A stretch of DNA of 61,570 bases. It comes from a virus (lineage: Duplodnaviria > Heunggongvirae > Uroviricota > Caudoviricetes). The notes under the pieces were generated by a model. The model worked only from the letters and a program-made list of their open reading frames with translations, had not been told where the DNA came from and ran no database searches. The DNA is taken from the IMG/VR virus record IMGVR_UViG_3300022561_000002. One strand, given 5' to 3'. The position numbers and the translations under genes are program-made. Positions 50,424-60,400 of this stretch are shown in pieces; position 1 is the stretch's first letter; each line of letters begins with the position of its first letter.

Positions 50424-51620
50424 ATGGCAGATTTAATTGCTAATGGAGAGGTTGCGAGTTCCATTAGAGCAAAAATAAACGCAATGAAAGTACAAGTTGA
50501 TGGAAAGGCAGATTTATCAAACGGAATAGTCCCTGCACATCAATTACCATCAGATACAAGAACTGATTCATATTTAACTTTTTGTGGAAATGCTAATGTA
50601 AATATGCTAGATGCAGCTTTTGGTAAAAATAATGAAGATAGGATAACGGGGATAGGTAGACAATTAGCGATGTATGCTTGGTTTAAAGGTTCAAACAAAC
50701 AATTTCATACACTTACTGAGCTTATACAATGTAATACTTTTGCTGAAATATTATCAAATAACGCTCCTTTATACGAAGCTTTTGGTAATCCCTATATTTA
50801 TGATCTTATTCAAGTTTCGCCTTATGCAAGTGCTTTATTTCCATTATATACGGCTTTAATTACATCTGGTACTTTGGCAACATTAAAACAAAGTACCGCT
50901 ATGGATACTATAACAACACATACAGTAATGGTGGATTATATAAGAAATAATCTCACATTGAGAGGTATATTAGCAACAAATTTAGGTTCAATTGTTAATG
51001 GAGGCGATACAACTTATACAGTTCCAGCTGGTGTAAATTATCTTACATTAGAAGCTGTTGGAACTGGTTCTAGTAATGCTGGCAAGCATATGTTTAAAGT
51101 TATTAAAGTAACTCCAGGAGAACAAATTATTGCACACACTGGCAGACAGGATGATCCTATTCCCGCTACAAAATTTGGAAGTTATTTAGAGATAACTGAA
51201 GTAGGAGGTTATGCTTCAACACAAACAGGTTCTTTCTTAGCACTTGCTGGCAATGGAGCGGGTGGAAACTCTGGTGTTGGTACCGCATATGGTGGTTATG
51301 GTGGAGGTGCTGGAGGAGTAGCTAATGGTAATGCCACTGGTTCGATCGCTGGTGGTATAGCAGCTTCAGCAACCAATGGAATAATTCTACCTGTTGGTAC
51401 AAATTCTGGAGGTAGAGGAAGACCAGGAGAATGGGCTGGAACTACCATTTACGGAGGAAATGCTCCAAATGGTGGTGGCGGTGCAGGAAATGGTTGCGGA
51501 TATGGTGGTAGAGTTGGTAATGGTGGTGGTGGCGGCTATGGTGGAGCTGGAGGAAGCGCCAATACATCTGGATCTGCAACTGGAGAAGGTGGAGCTGGAT
51601 GTATCGCTATTTATAGTTAA
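50424..51620 (+). CDS. Glycine-rich tail-associated protein (paralogue of 29146-30630)
   Basis: SYLTFCGNANVN; GGxGG-rich C-terminus ending GCIAIYS. Confidence 0.65.
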   Translation: MADLIANGEVASSIRAKINAMKVQVDGKADLSNGIVPAHQLPSDTRTDSYLTFCGNANVNMLDAAFGKNNEDRITGIGRQLAMYAWFKGSNKQFHTLTELIQCNTFAEILSNNAPLYEAFGNPYIYDLIQVSPYASALFPLYTALITSGTLATLKQSTAMDTITTHTVMVDYIRNNLTLRGILATNLGSIVNGGDTTYTVPAGVNYLTLEAVGTGSSNAGKHMFKVIKVTPGEQIIAHTGRQDDPIPATKFGSYLEITEVGGYASTQTGSFLALAGNGAGGNSGVGTAYGGYGGGAGGVANGNATGSIAGGIAASATNGIILPVGTNSGGRGRPGEWAGTTIYGGNAPNGGGGAGNGCGYGGRVGNGGGGGYGGAGGSANTSGSATGEGGAGCIAIYS

Positions 51621-51639
51621 AATATAGGAAGGTGTATTT

Positions 51640-51777
51640 ATGAATAAGACAATGGAAGAAGAATTGCTAGAAAAAATAGCGATCACAGAAGAAGAAAATG
51701 CAAAATTAAAATTAGCATCTGAAAAAACTAATGCAGATGTAGATTATGTTGCAATAATGACTGGAGTTGATTTATAA
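51640..51777 (+). CDS. Small coiled-coil protein (45 aa) preceding XkdX
   Basis: Below the track cut-off; MNKTMEEELL...DVDYVAIMTGVDL. Confidence 0.7.
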   Translation: MNKTMEEELLEKIAITEEENAKLKLASEKTNADVDYVAIMTGVDL

Positions 51778-51914
51778 TGTTTGATAAAATAAAAGATTAT
51801 TATGATAATGGACTATGGTCGATAGATAGAGTATGGAATGTAGTTGGAAAAGCAATTACAGAAGAGGAATATTTCGAAATCACTGGTTTTGAATATCCTA
51901 ATAAAACGACTTAA
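51777..51914 (+). CDS. xkdX: XkdX family protein (45 aa)
   Basis: Below the track cut-off; KIKDYYDNGLWS...V...ITEEEYFEITG. Confidence 0.85.
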   Translation: MFDKIKDYYDNGLWSIDRVWNVVGKAITEEEYFEITGFEYPNKTT

Positions 51915-51947
51915 ATATTAATAGAGTAATTTCTACTCTATTAATAT
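51915..51947. terminator. Perfect 14-bp AT-rich hairpin
   Basis: ATATTAATAGAGTA-ATTTC-TACTCTATTAATAT. Confidence 0.6.
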
Positions 51948-51976
51948 AAAGACCTATTAAAGAAAGGGGTATTTTT

Positions 51977-52213
51977 ATGAACGCTAACACAGAAAACAGA
52001 GTAGCATTTGAGAAGAAGTATCATGATACAATTGTATCAATGTTTACAGCGAGTGGGGATGACACTGGGGTATGTATAGATAAATTAGTCTATATGACCG
52101 AACATCGTAATGATGCAAATGCAGATTTTTACGAAGGCATTCCAGCAGATTTCGACTATGATCAATGTCAAATTGATATTAACGAAATTCTAAGAAAAGA
52201 TTCTAGAGTTTAA
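51977..52213 (+). CDS. Hypothetical protein
   Basis: AAAGGGG RBS; ORF track. Confidence 0.65.
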   Translation: MNANTENRVAFEKKYHDTIVSMFTASGDDTGVCIDKLVYMTEHRNDANADFYEGIPADFDYDQCQIDINEILRKDSRV

Positions 52214-52227
52214 TTAAGAGGTAAGAT

Positions 52228-52259
52228 TAAAGTGCATTTTTATAAATGCACTTTTTTAA
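52228..52259 (+). terminator. Terminator-like hairpin
   Basis: AAAGTGCATTT/AAATGCACTTT plus T-run. Confidence 0.6.
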
Positions 52260-52280
52260 TATCTAAGAAGGAGGAAAAAA

Positions 52281-53795
52281 ATGAGCGTAATAACAAGAAA
52301 AATAGATAATAACCCATCTATTGTAGCAGATGATATTTTATTATTTGATGCAAACGCAGGGGTTGGTTCATATGCAAATACATTAAGTGGAAGTTTTACT
52401 TACCCAAGTGGTGATAAGCCTTGTTCTATTATGATTAATAAAGGAAAAGATATATTCTCTTCTGCATGTCATTCTTGGTTGGGTTTCCCAGAGTCAGTAA
52501 TCTATAGATACAAAGATGGAACATTTGGAATTGGTAAATTCAAATCGACTTCTGAAATTCCAAATAGAGCAAATGTTCTTTGGGCGATTGGTGGTTTAGG
52601 TTTATTAGATAAATATAATCCAGCAGAAGAAGGTTTTTCAAAAGGGGTTAAACCTAATGGTACTACATTTGATTACACAGATGTATTAAGATATACTAAT
52701 CATACAATATTAGGTATAAAAAATAATCAATGTTATTTAATATATGTAAAATTAAAAACTGGCGCGCAAGTAAATGCTTTTGCTAGATGGTGTGATTTTG
52801 AATATGCCATTATGTTAGATGGAGGTCATATCGCGGCTATTAATGGTAGTGAGAGTTATGCAAAAATTAATCTATCTACAAAACAAGGATATACTATACA
52901 AGGTATTAATGGGAATTTCGCCACAGGAACCCCACCAGTAGTTACACCAACTACGCCACCTACAAATAGTAGCAAAAAAAAAATAGCAATTGACTCAGGG
53001 CATAGCAAAGTAACTTATGGTAAACGCTCTTTTGATGGAACTTTACTTGAATATGAATTCAACTTTGATGTATCTACAAGACTTAAAAGACATTTAGATA
53101 GACATAATACAGAGTCTAAAATCTTTCAAGTAGAAAATACTAATGTTAGTACAGAAATTACAGAAAGATGTAAGCAAATTAATGCTTATGAACCTGATAT
53201 TTGTATAAGTATTCATGCCAATGCATTTTCTACTTCGTGGAATACTGTTGGTGGTTGGGAAATATTTGATTATAAATTAAGTGGCGAAAGTCATAAATTA
53301 GCTGAAGCAATTTATAGTACAAGTATTCCGTTCTTAAAATTAGCTGATAGAGGAATTAAAGATGGCTCTCATTTAGGAATGATTGCTTCAACAACTATGC
53401 CTGCTGTTTTAGTAGAACATGGTTTTTATACAAATAAAGAAGAATGTGCTAGATTAAAGACGGCCGCATTTAGAGAAGACTGTGCTATTGCAGACGCAAA
53501 AGGTATTTTAAAATACTTTGGAATTGCGTGGATAGAAGAAAAGATTGAAATACCAACATCAACACCTACTCCAAGCGACTCCCTTTATAGAATTCAAGTA
53601 GGCGTTTTTTCAACACAAGATAGAGCAAGTAAATTAAGAACAGAGTTGAGAGTTTTAGGATATCCTTCTCTTCTTACAATAGTAGACAATCTTTTTAAAG
53701 TACAAGTAGGTGCTTTCCATAGTATTGAAAATGCCAAAGGATTACAAGCAGAGTTGTTAGCAAAAGGATATAATACTATTATTCAGAAAGACTAA
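52281..53795 (+). CDS. Endolysin: phosphodiester-glycosidase-like domain + Amidase_3 + 2 SPOR
   Basis: WAIGG, AIMLDGGH (NAGPA-like); IDSGH, EYEFN, SIHAN, AVLVEHGF; YRIQVGVF and FKVQVGAF. Confidence 0.85.
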   Translation: MSVITRKIDNNPSIVADDILLFDANAGVGSYANTLSGSFTYPSGDKPCSIMINKGKDIFSSACHSWLGFPESVIYRYKDGTFGIGKFKSTSEIPNRANVLWAIGGLGLLDKYNPAEEGFSKGVKPNGTTFDYTDVLRYTNHTILGIKNNQCYLIYVKLKTGAQVNAFARWCDFEYAIMLDGGHIAAINGSESYAKINLSTKQGYTIQGINGNFATGTPPVVTPTTPPTNSSKKKIAIDSGHSKVTYGKRSFDGTLLEYEFNFDVSTRLKRHLDRHNTESKIFQVENTNVSTEITERCKQINAYEPDICISIHANAFSTSWNTVGGWEIFDYKLSGESHKLAEAIYSTSIPFLKLADRGIKDGSHLGMIASTTMPAVLVEHGFYTNKEECARLKTAAFREDCAIADAKGILKYFGIAWIEEKIEIPTSTPTPSDSLYRIQVGVFSTQDRASKLRTELRVLGYPSLLTIVDNLFKVQVGAFHSIENAKGLQAELLAKGYNTIIQKD

Positions 53796-53807
53796 GAGGT
53801 AGTTATA

Positions 53808-54083
53808 TTGAAGAAGATGTTTCAATTTTCTAATCTTATTGTAACTTTAGTAATTTTTATGAATCTATGGTTTACCACAAGATGCTTAGATGCTTTTGTT
53901 TTAACAGGAAACGAACCAATAGTTTTGATTGGAGCATTTTTTGCTTTTACAACTGGTGAGCTTTGGATGTTGTCTTCAATCACAAAGAAAAAATTATTGA
54001 GAGATATTACAATTAGAAAATTAAATAGAGTAGTACGAATAAATAAAGACGTTATATTAAAGTGTAAAAAAGGAGAATCATAA
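53808..54083 (+). CDS. Membrane protein, holin-associated
   Basis: Two hydrophobic segments and a basic tail, next to the endolysin. Confidence 0.6.
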   Translation: MKKMFQFSNLIVTLVIFMNLWFTTRCLDAFVLTGNEPIVLIGAFFAFTTGELWMLSSITKKKLLRDITIRKLNRVVRINKDVILKCKKGES

Positions 54084-54424
54084 TGGATATGGATTTAGTT
54101 TTAAAAATAATGTTGGCTCTTGTAACACTTATGGGAGCTATATTGACGGGATTAGTTATCCCTTATATCAGGACTAAAACAACTTTGGCTGAAAGAGAAA
54201 CCGCTCTTGCTAAAACAAATGAAGCTCTTCGTTGGATTAGATTTGCGATGTTGGCTGCAGAAGAAATATTTAAGTTGCCTAAATCAGGAGCAGAGAAAAA
54301 AGCTTATGTTATAGAATTCTTAAAAGGCAAAGGTATTGAATTGACGACTGAAGAGTTAAATGTATTAATAGAAAGTCTAGTTATGGAAATTAATAATGTA
54401 ACAGAAGAATTAATAGAAGAATAG
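54083..54424 (+). CDS. Holin, LL-H-like
   Basis: N-terminal TM; AAEE...GAEKKAYV...IESLV. Confidence 0.75.
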   Translation: MDMDLVLKIMLALVTLMGAILTGLVIPYIRTKTTLAERETALAKTNEALRWIRFAMLAAEEIFKLPKSGAEKKAYVIEFLKGKGIELTTEELNVLIESLVMEINNVTEELIEE

Positions 54425-54501
54425 GAAGAGCAAAAGTGTTCAAACTATTAAATACAATCTCTATTAATTAGTGAGAATTGTATTTAAGAGGAGGTAAGAC
54501 A

Positions 54502-54810
54502 TTGATAGAAATTGCAGAAGGACTTATCTCGGCTTTCGCTACTCCAATTATTTTAACTATTATCGGTATTTATATTAAACGAAGTTTTGATAAGATGGAA
54601 AAAAGAGGGAACGCTAGAGTGCACGAAAATGTAGTGCTTATGAGGTATTTACAATCCCTTGGTACATTAACATATACAACGGGAAAAGCCGTACGAGATG
54701 GAAAAACCAATGGAGAAATGTCCAGTGCTTTGGATAACTTCGAAAACAGGCGTAGTGAATTAGAAGACTATCTTGTCGAATCAAATGCAGAGCATCAATT
54801 AAAAAGATAA
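54502..54810 (+). CDS. Lysis-module membrane protein
   Basis: TTG after GGAGG; N-terminal TM. Confidence 0.55.
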   Translation: MIEIAEGLISAFATPIILTIIGIYIKRSFDKMEKRGNARVHENVVLMRYLQSLGTLTYTTGKAVRDGKTNGEMSSALDNFENRRSELEDYLVESNAEHQLKR

Positions 54811-54849
54811 AAAAAATGGAATACTTTAATTAGTATTCCATTTTTTTTT
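54808..54849. terminator. Bidirectional terminator between convergent units
   Basis: A-run-TGGAATACT-TTAATT-AGTATTCCA-T-run. Confidence 0.9.
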
Positions 54850-55402
54850 ATTCAAAATTAATAACACTCTCTTCTGATTGAATATCATGAACTCCTAGAC
54901 ATATCGCATCACAAGTATCTTGATTAGCTTTAATTTTAAAAGTATCAAAGATAAATTTTTGTGCGTTATTTTTTTGTGCCGTTCTATCTTTTCCTTTAAT
55001 ACCACAACTTGACTTCCATTCAGAAGAATAGTATATACTCATTCCAGAGTTAATCTTTTCTTTATTTCTATAGAAAGTATTTATTAGTACACCTTGTAAA
55101 TGCGCGAGTACCTTAAATGTCTTTACGTCATTTCTTTGCATTTGTATATCTTCTAAAACTAATTTCAAATCTATACTCTCATCTAATACAATTTCATTAA
55201 TCTTTTTATCAAGCCATTTCCGCATATCCTCAACTTTAGAATCTTCATATCCTTCTGTTTTAAATACTCCCCAATCTATTAAGACTTTATTTTTAAATAA
55301 AGCCCAGCCCGTAGCAGAGGTCGACTGATCTAGAGAAAGAATGTATTTATTTTGTGGTACTACCTTGTCCTCCAACGCGCTCGCCTCCTGCCATATCATC
55401 AT
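54848..55402 (-). CDS. ruvC: RuvC-like Holliday junction resolvase
   Basis: LSLDQSTSATGW, LVLED, SEWKS, DTCDAICLG. Confidence 0.85.
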   Translation of the reverse strand: MMIWQEASALEDKVVPQNKYILSLDQSTSATGWALFKNKVLIDWGVFKTEGYEDSKVEDMRKWLDKKINEIVLDESIDLKLVLEDIQMQRNDVKTFKVLAHLQGVLINTFYRNKEKINSGMSIYYSSEWKSSCGIKGKDRTAQKNNAQKFIFDTFKIKANQDTCDAICLGVHDIQSEESVINFE

Positions 55403-56015
55403 CAGTGATAGAATAATTTATGAACATACCTTGTCCTATTATATCACCTTTTTTAATCTCGATAGAAAATGGAGAAAAGTTAATTACTTGGAAAAATATA
55501 TGCCCTTCATTGGAAATATTATCTACATAATCTGCGTCTATAATTCCAACTCCATTAGCTAATGTAATATAGTTGTTCATTGGAATTGAAGACCTAATTG
55601 CTAACTGTAAGAATTGATTATCTTCCATATATGCTTTAACTCCTGTTGGGATTAAAGTTAATACAGCTTCTGCTTTTTTAATAGCTTCTTTTACTTCTTG
55701 TAAGCTCATTGAAAACTCTTTTGAAAAAATTTCAATAACCTCAGGAAGATGTTTTGATGATAGCTCAGATAGCTGGTCCATATCATATTCAGATAAATTT
55801 TTAGCGATTATACCATATTGAGTATTTTCCAAAATTTTCATTAGATCTTTATTAGTAATTTTATCAATAAATATTTTACCTAAATTTAATATATAACTTG
55901 GTATCGTAATATCCTTTACTGCTACAAAATCATACCCAGCAGAGTATTTAGTTTTTCTTTGCGGCATTTCAAAATCTACATCTTTATATTTCTCTATTTT
56001 TTCAAATCTAACCAT
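55347..56015 (-). CDS. dut: Trimeric dUTPase with internal insertion
   Basis: SAGYDF, IPTG, IRSS, GIIDADY, IGQG, RVGGQGST. Confidence 0.9.
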   Translation of the reverse strand: MVRFEKIEKYKDVDFEMPQRKTKYSAGYDFVAVKDITIPSYILNLGKIFIDKITNKDLMKILENTQYGIIAKNLSEYDMDQLSELSSKHLPEVIEIFSKEFSMSLQEVKEAIKKAEAVLTLIPTGVKAYMEDNQFLQLAIRSSIPMNNYITLANGVGIIDADYVDNISNEGHIFFQVINFSPFSIEIKKGDIIGQGMFINYSITDDDMAGGERVGGQGSTTK

Positions 56016-56018
56016 ATC

Positions 56019-56219
56019 TTATTCTCCAAATTCTTCTACTACAAAACTCTTTCTTACTGTTACAATATAAAATTCTCTTTGTTCACTTTTCTTAAACTTA
56101 TAAGTAACAGAAGACTTAGTTACATTAAATTCTTTTTTCTCTCTTGCAATTAAAGTTTCTGCCTCTTCTTCTGTGTCTACTTCATAAATTTCATCTGTTT
56201 GTTTTAATGCTATTGCCAT
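56019..56219 (-). CDS. Hypothetical protein
   Basis: AAGGAG RBS. Confidence 0.7.
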   Translation of the reverse strand: MAIALKQTDEIYEVDTEEEAETLIAREKKEFNVTKSSVTYKFKKSEQREFYIVTVRKSFVVEEFGE

Positions 56220-56467
56220 GATATTTTAATCTCCTTATCTGTTCCTTTGTAATAACTTTCTAACTGTTTAAAAAGCTTGTGTTTGCCAACAAAAACTACA
56301 TCTGTGATGTCTGATTCATCAATTAATGAAATGGCATCTTCTAAAGTAATTTTTCTTGATAGTGTTAACTCAGGTTTGTATTTTATATTTTCGCTTCTTG
56401 CTAAACCTTTTATTTTATAGACCGTTATTTGTCTAGTAAAATCTGTTGAAAAAATTATTGTATTCAT
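56210..56467 (-). CDS. Hypothetical protein
   Basis: GAGG RBS. Confidence 0.65.
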   Translation of the reverse strand: MNTIIFSTDFTRQITVYKIKGLARSENIKYKPELTLSRKITLEDAISLIDESDITDVVFVGKHKLFKQLESYYKGTDKEIKISWQ

Positions 56468-56481
56468 TATTCTGTTCCTCT

Positions 56482-56847
56482 CTAAAGATTAACTATAAAT
56501 GAGTCACATATAAATAAAGAAAAATATGTTTCACCAATCCAAATTTCTATATGTTCATTTTCTAAATTATCTTCGATTAATTTTACTTCTCCACGAGTTT
56601 TAAGAAAACTATCGCTAATTAAAAATTGAACGATATTATCAGCAACTCCAGATGGGGTTTTTAATGGGGACGCAATATTAAATATTGTATAATAATTAAT
56701 TTCATTACTCAACAACATTAAATATTTTACACTTGGTTGTGACCTTATCATTGTCGCAACAAGACTGGCTGCCGTTTCTAATTCTTCAGAAACTAATGGT
56801 TCTAATGCTCTTGCAATGTTCTTTTCATATTCATTTTTTGTAATCAT
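56482..56847 (-). CDS. Hypothetical protein
   Basis: AAGGAG RBS and upstream promoter. Confidence 0.7.
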   Translation of the reverse strand: MITKNEYEKNIARALEPLVSEELETAASLVATMIRSQPSVKYLMLLSNEINYYTIFNIASPLKTPSGVADNIVQFLISDSFLKTRGEVKLIEDNLENEHIEIWIGETYFSLFICDSFIVNL

Positions 56848-56866
56848 TTTATCACTCCTTTTATAT

Positions 56867-56895
56867 ATTATATTATATTTTCAAAAAAATGTCAA
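56867..56895 (-). promoter_or_regulatory. Consensus sigmaA promoter
   Basis: TTGACA-17 nt-TATAAT. Confidence 0.85.
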
Positions 56896-57464
56896 ATTTT
56901 TCTAAAATAATTTTTTGCAGTTGTTATAATGTGTTCTATATTTTTTTCATAATCTTCTATAATCTCATTTCGTAAAGACCATAGAGAAATGTCAGAGCTA
57001 AGTAAATCATTAAAATCTTTATCATCTGTACCATACCTCCTAATCATTTCGCTAATATTAGGGTTTTCCTCTCGATTTAAATATCTTAATATTCTAATCT
57101 TATCAGAAACATCAATATAAAATATTAAAGGATTTATTTGTGAATTCATTAATAAAGCTTCAACCCCTTCAGGATTATATATACTTATATTAACTTTATC
57201 TTTAGACAAACTTTCTAAAGATGTTCCATAAAACCAATTATTAAAATTTGCCACCTCTAGCATTTGATTGTTTAATAAGAGTTCCATCATTTTTTCTTCG
57301 CTAATAAAATCATAATCCACACCAGGTATCTCACCCTGTCTTTGTGGTCTAGTAGTTAATGAGATGTTTCTATGAAAAAACTCACTCTCTCTTATCATAA
57401 TGTCTTTTAAAATACTATCTTTCCCAGACGCAGCCTTGCCGCACAATACAACCATATCTATCAT
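56892..57464 (-). CDS. gmk: Guanylate kinase-like protein
   Basis: GKAASGKD, TTRPQRQGEIPGVDYDF, FYGT. Confidence 0.9.
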   Translation of the reverse strand: MIDMVVLCGKAASGKDSILKDIMIRESEFFHRNISLTTRPQRQGEIPGVDYDFISEEKMMELLLNNQMLEVANFNNWFYGTSLESLSKDKVNISIYNPEGVEALLMNSQINPLIFYIDVSDKIRILRYLNREENPNISEMIRRYGTDDKDFNDLLSSDISLWSLRNEIIEDYEKNIEHIITTAKNYFRKI

Positions 57465-57467
57465 ATA

Positions 57468-60400
57468 TTATCTTTCACTCCTAACATCTATCTCGCCATT
57501 ATCTTTAACTTCTTCAATCCTATATATTGTATGTCCAGGCGTTCGGGCATATTTTTTAGGAACAAATTGATCGTCTCTTCTATATCCAGTGATCATTAGC
57601 TTATTACCTTTATTAAACCAAGAACGTTCCATAATTTTTTTAGTACCATCATCTTGAGCTTCTGATAATTGTTTATCATATAAAGCAAACATTTCTTTTC
57701 TAAATCTAACTGTAACAACGCCATTTGTAGTTAACAAACTAATACTTCCATTAGTTTTATTTTTACCAATTACCGTTCCAATAATTCTAGTTAATTTATA
57801 TATAGGAATTTGTTTACCACTCTTCTCGAAGAAATAATCTACTTCTGCTGACTCCGGCAAATTCTCAAAATTACTAATACCATATTTAAAAGTATCAACG
57901 TTAATTAATTCATGCTCATGATAATAGAATGAAAGAGCTTCCATTTCCCAAGTACTAATATTACCATAACAATATTTATCCCATTCTGCTTGGAATAATA
58001 TATCATTATATTGTTTTAATACTGCATCATGATTTTTCTTTAGCCAAACTCTAGCTACATCCATTTGCTTTTGATAAATTTGTTTATCAAAAACCTTTTG
58101 GCTTATTACATATCCCTCAGCCCTTGTGTCTAATAAAAATGTATTAAAATGTTCTGTATAAAAATTTAAAACATCTTCGTTGTATAAAGTAAAATCATCG
58201 CCATCTTTAAAATATTTTTTTAGAACTTTATTAAATTCATAAACTCGCACAACAAAAGATAACTCTTCAGGTATTAAGCCTGCCTCAATTAGTCCATTAA
58301 AATTTTGTAAGTTTAACTTTTTCTTTTCATCGCTTATCATATGAATAAACAATTCTAAAATAGCCTCTCTTGGCAGTCCTTTATACAACTTATCGAAAGC
58401 TCCACCCTTAACTAAATTCAACATTGCTCTCTTGTTAATTTTCACTTTATTTAGAAAATCTTCCATATCTTCATATGGTCTATTCTTGATAATCTCAAGA
58501 ACTAAATCATCACCAACATTAGTAATTCCCTTTAAACCAAATAATATTGTATCATTTTCTATGTCAGGTTTAAAACTAAATACAGATTTATTAATATCAG
58601 CAAGAGAAACTTTAACTCCTCTATTTTGGATATCTCCAATGGCTATTGCCATCTTCGCATAGTCAGTTGATTTCTGAGCATCTTCTTCATCTGTTTCCAT
58701 TGAACCTGAGTTTACTGTTAAGCAAGCAGTGTTCCAATATATTGATGGATAGTTATAATATAAATTCAATTCTTGCAAAGCAATGCAGGTATAAGGAGTA
58801 GTGTGATTTCGGGAGAATGAATATCCAAGCTGAGGTTTTATAGAAGTATTCCATACATAATCAAGAAACTGATTTCTTGAACCTGCGGCTAGACCTTTAT
58901 TAATATACTCTTCGTGGAAACCAGCCACATCATCCATCTTCTTTTTTGCAACAATCTTCCTTGCTTTATTGGCGTAAATCAAATCGAAATCAGCAACATT
59001 AGGATTCATTAAAACTTCCATCATATCTTCTTGTGTATTTGGAGTACCAAAAACTGGTAAGTAATGTGGTTCTAATGTTTTTACTTCTTGTTCGGTTAAT
59101 CCATTTTGTTTCATTTCATGATACCATAGTGCCATATTATCTTTCATTCTAACATATCTATCCATTGGCTGCTCTGCGCCTTGCTCTGCCATAAGTCTCA
59201 TAAGAGAGTTAGCGGACGCCGCATCAGGCAACGATTGTGGTTTTAATTTTTTCGCACATTGTGAACCAACAGGAGTATCAAATTGGAATAAGTTAATAAC
59301 TTCTCCATTACCCATTAAATTCCAAATTTCTTTATTATCATAATCCAAGATGTCAGGGTGTATATATCTATCATAGGTTTGTTTCAAAGAATTTCTATAT
59401 TCTATCTCTCCATCATCTGATAGTAAATCTATACAAGCCCTAATTTTATCTAAAGATTCTATTGTTAAAAAGTCATATTTTAAAGAACCCATGTAGTCAG
59501 AGTCATTCATATTAAATTGAGTAATCTCTTGTCCACTTGGCGCCTTCATCATAGCGTTGTACTTTAAAAATCCATCATTATAGATATACATACCAGACGC
59601 ATGTATAGAACGCTTATTAACCATACCTTCGATAGAAAGCATGATGTTTAATAAATCATCGTACTTCTCTACTTCTCTAACAAAAGGATAAATTATTTTT
59701 CTATCTTTTTCTTCGTTCCCATAAACGCAATCATGTAGAGACCATGTGAAACCTCTTTCAGAAGGAATCATACCAGTTAGATATTGCGCGATGTCGCTAT
59801 CAATTCCATTTGGAAATTCTTCACTTCTATAGCCTCTACATGCAGTGATGCACGCAGATTTTGGCCCCTCTGTTCCAAAGGTTGCGATATTTAAAACATT
59901 ATAACAATTTTGGAATCTACTATATATAGATGGTATATCTTTATTAAAGAAATCCCTCATTGCACTTAATATTCTTTTTCTTCTTCCAGCTTGTGTATCG
60001 AAATCTATATCTGGAAGCTCAGGTCTTGTAGATGTTAAATGTCTCCAATATGGTAGGTTCCATATAATAGGATCCATTTGTGTTATACCTAAAAGATAGC
60101 AGGATAAAAATCCAGTCGCACTACCTCGCGCAGGTCCAACTAAACTATCCCCTTCATTCCAAACTAATTCAATAATTTTTTTCATTGTGTTATAATACAT
60201 AGTCATAGTTATATTAAGCTTTTCAGATATTAACCATATTTCTTTTGCTTCATCATCTAATCTTTGCAAGTATATATCATTAACTAAATGTTTTTTATGT
60301 AAAGCATTTAAACATTCATTAACCCAGTATCTATTTTGTAAATCTTGTGAAGATAACATTTTAGTTATATATACATATTTTCCTTTATACTCTGTAATAA

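Noticed and set aside
51387-51686. Overlapping ORFs 51394-51627 (+) and 51387-51686 (-)
   Set aside because: Alternate frames of a Gly-rich gene.
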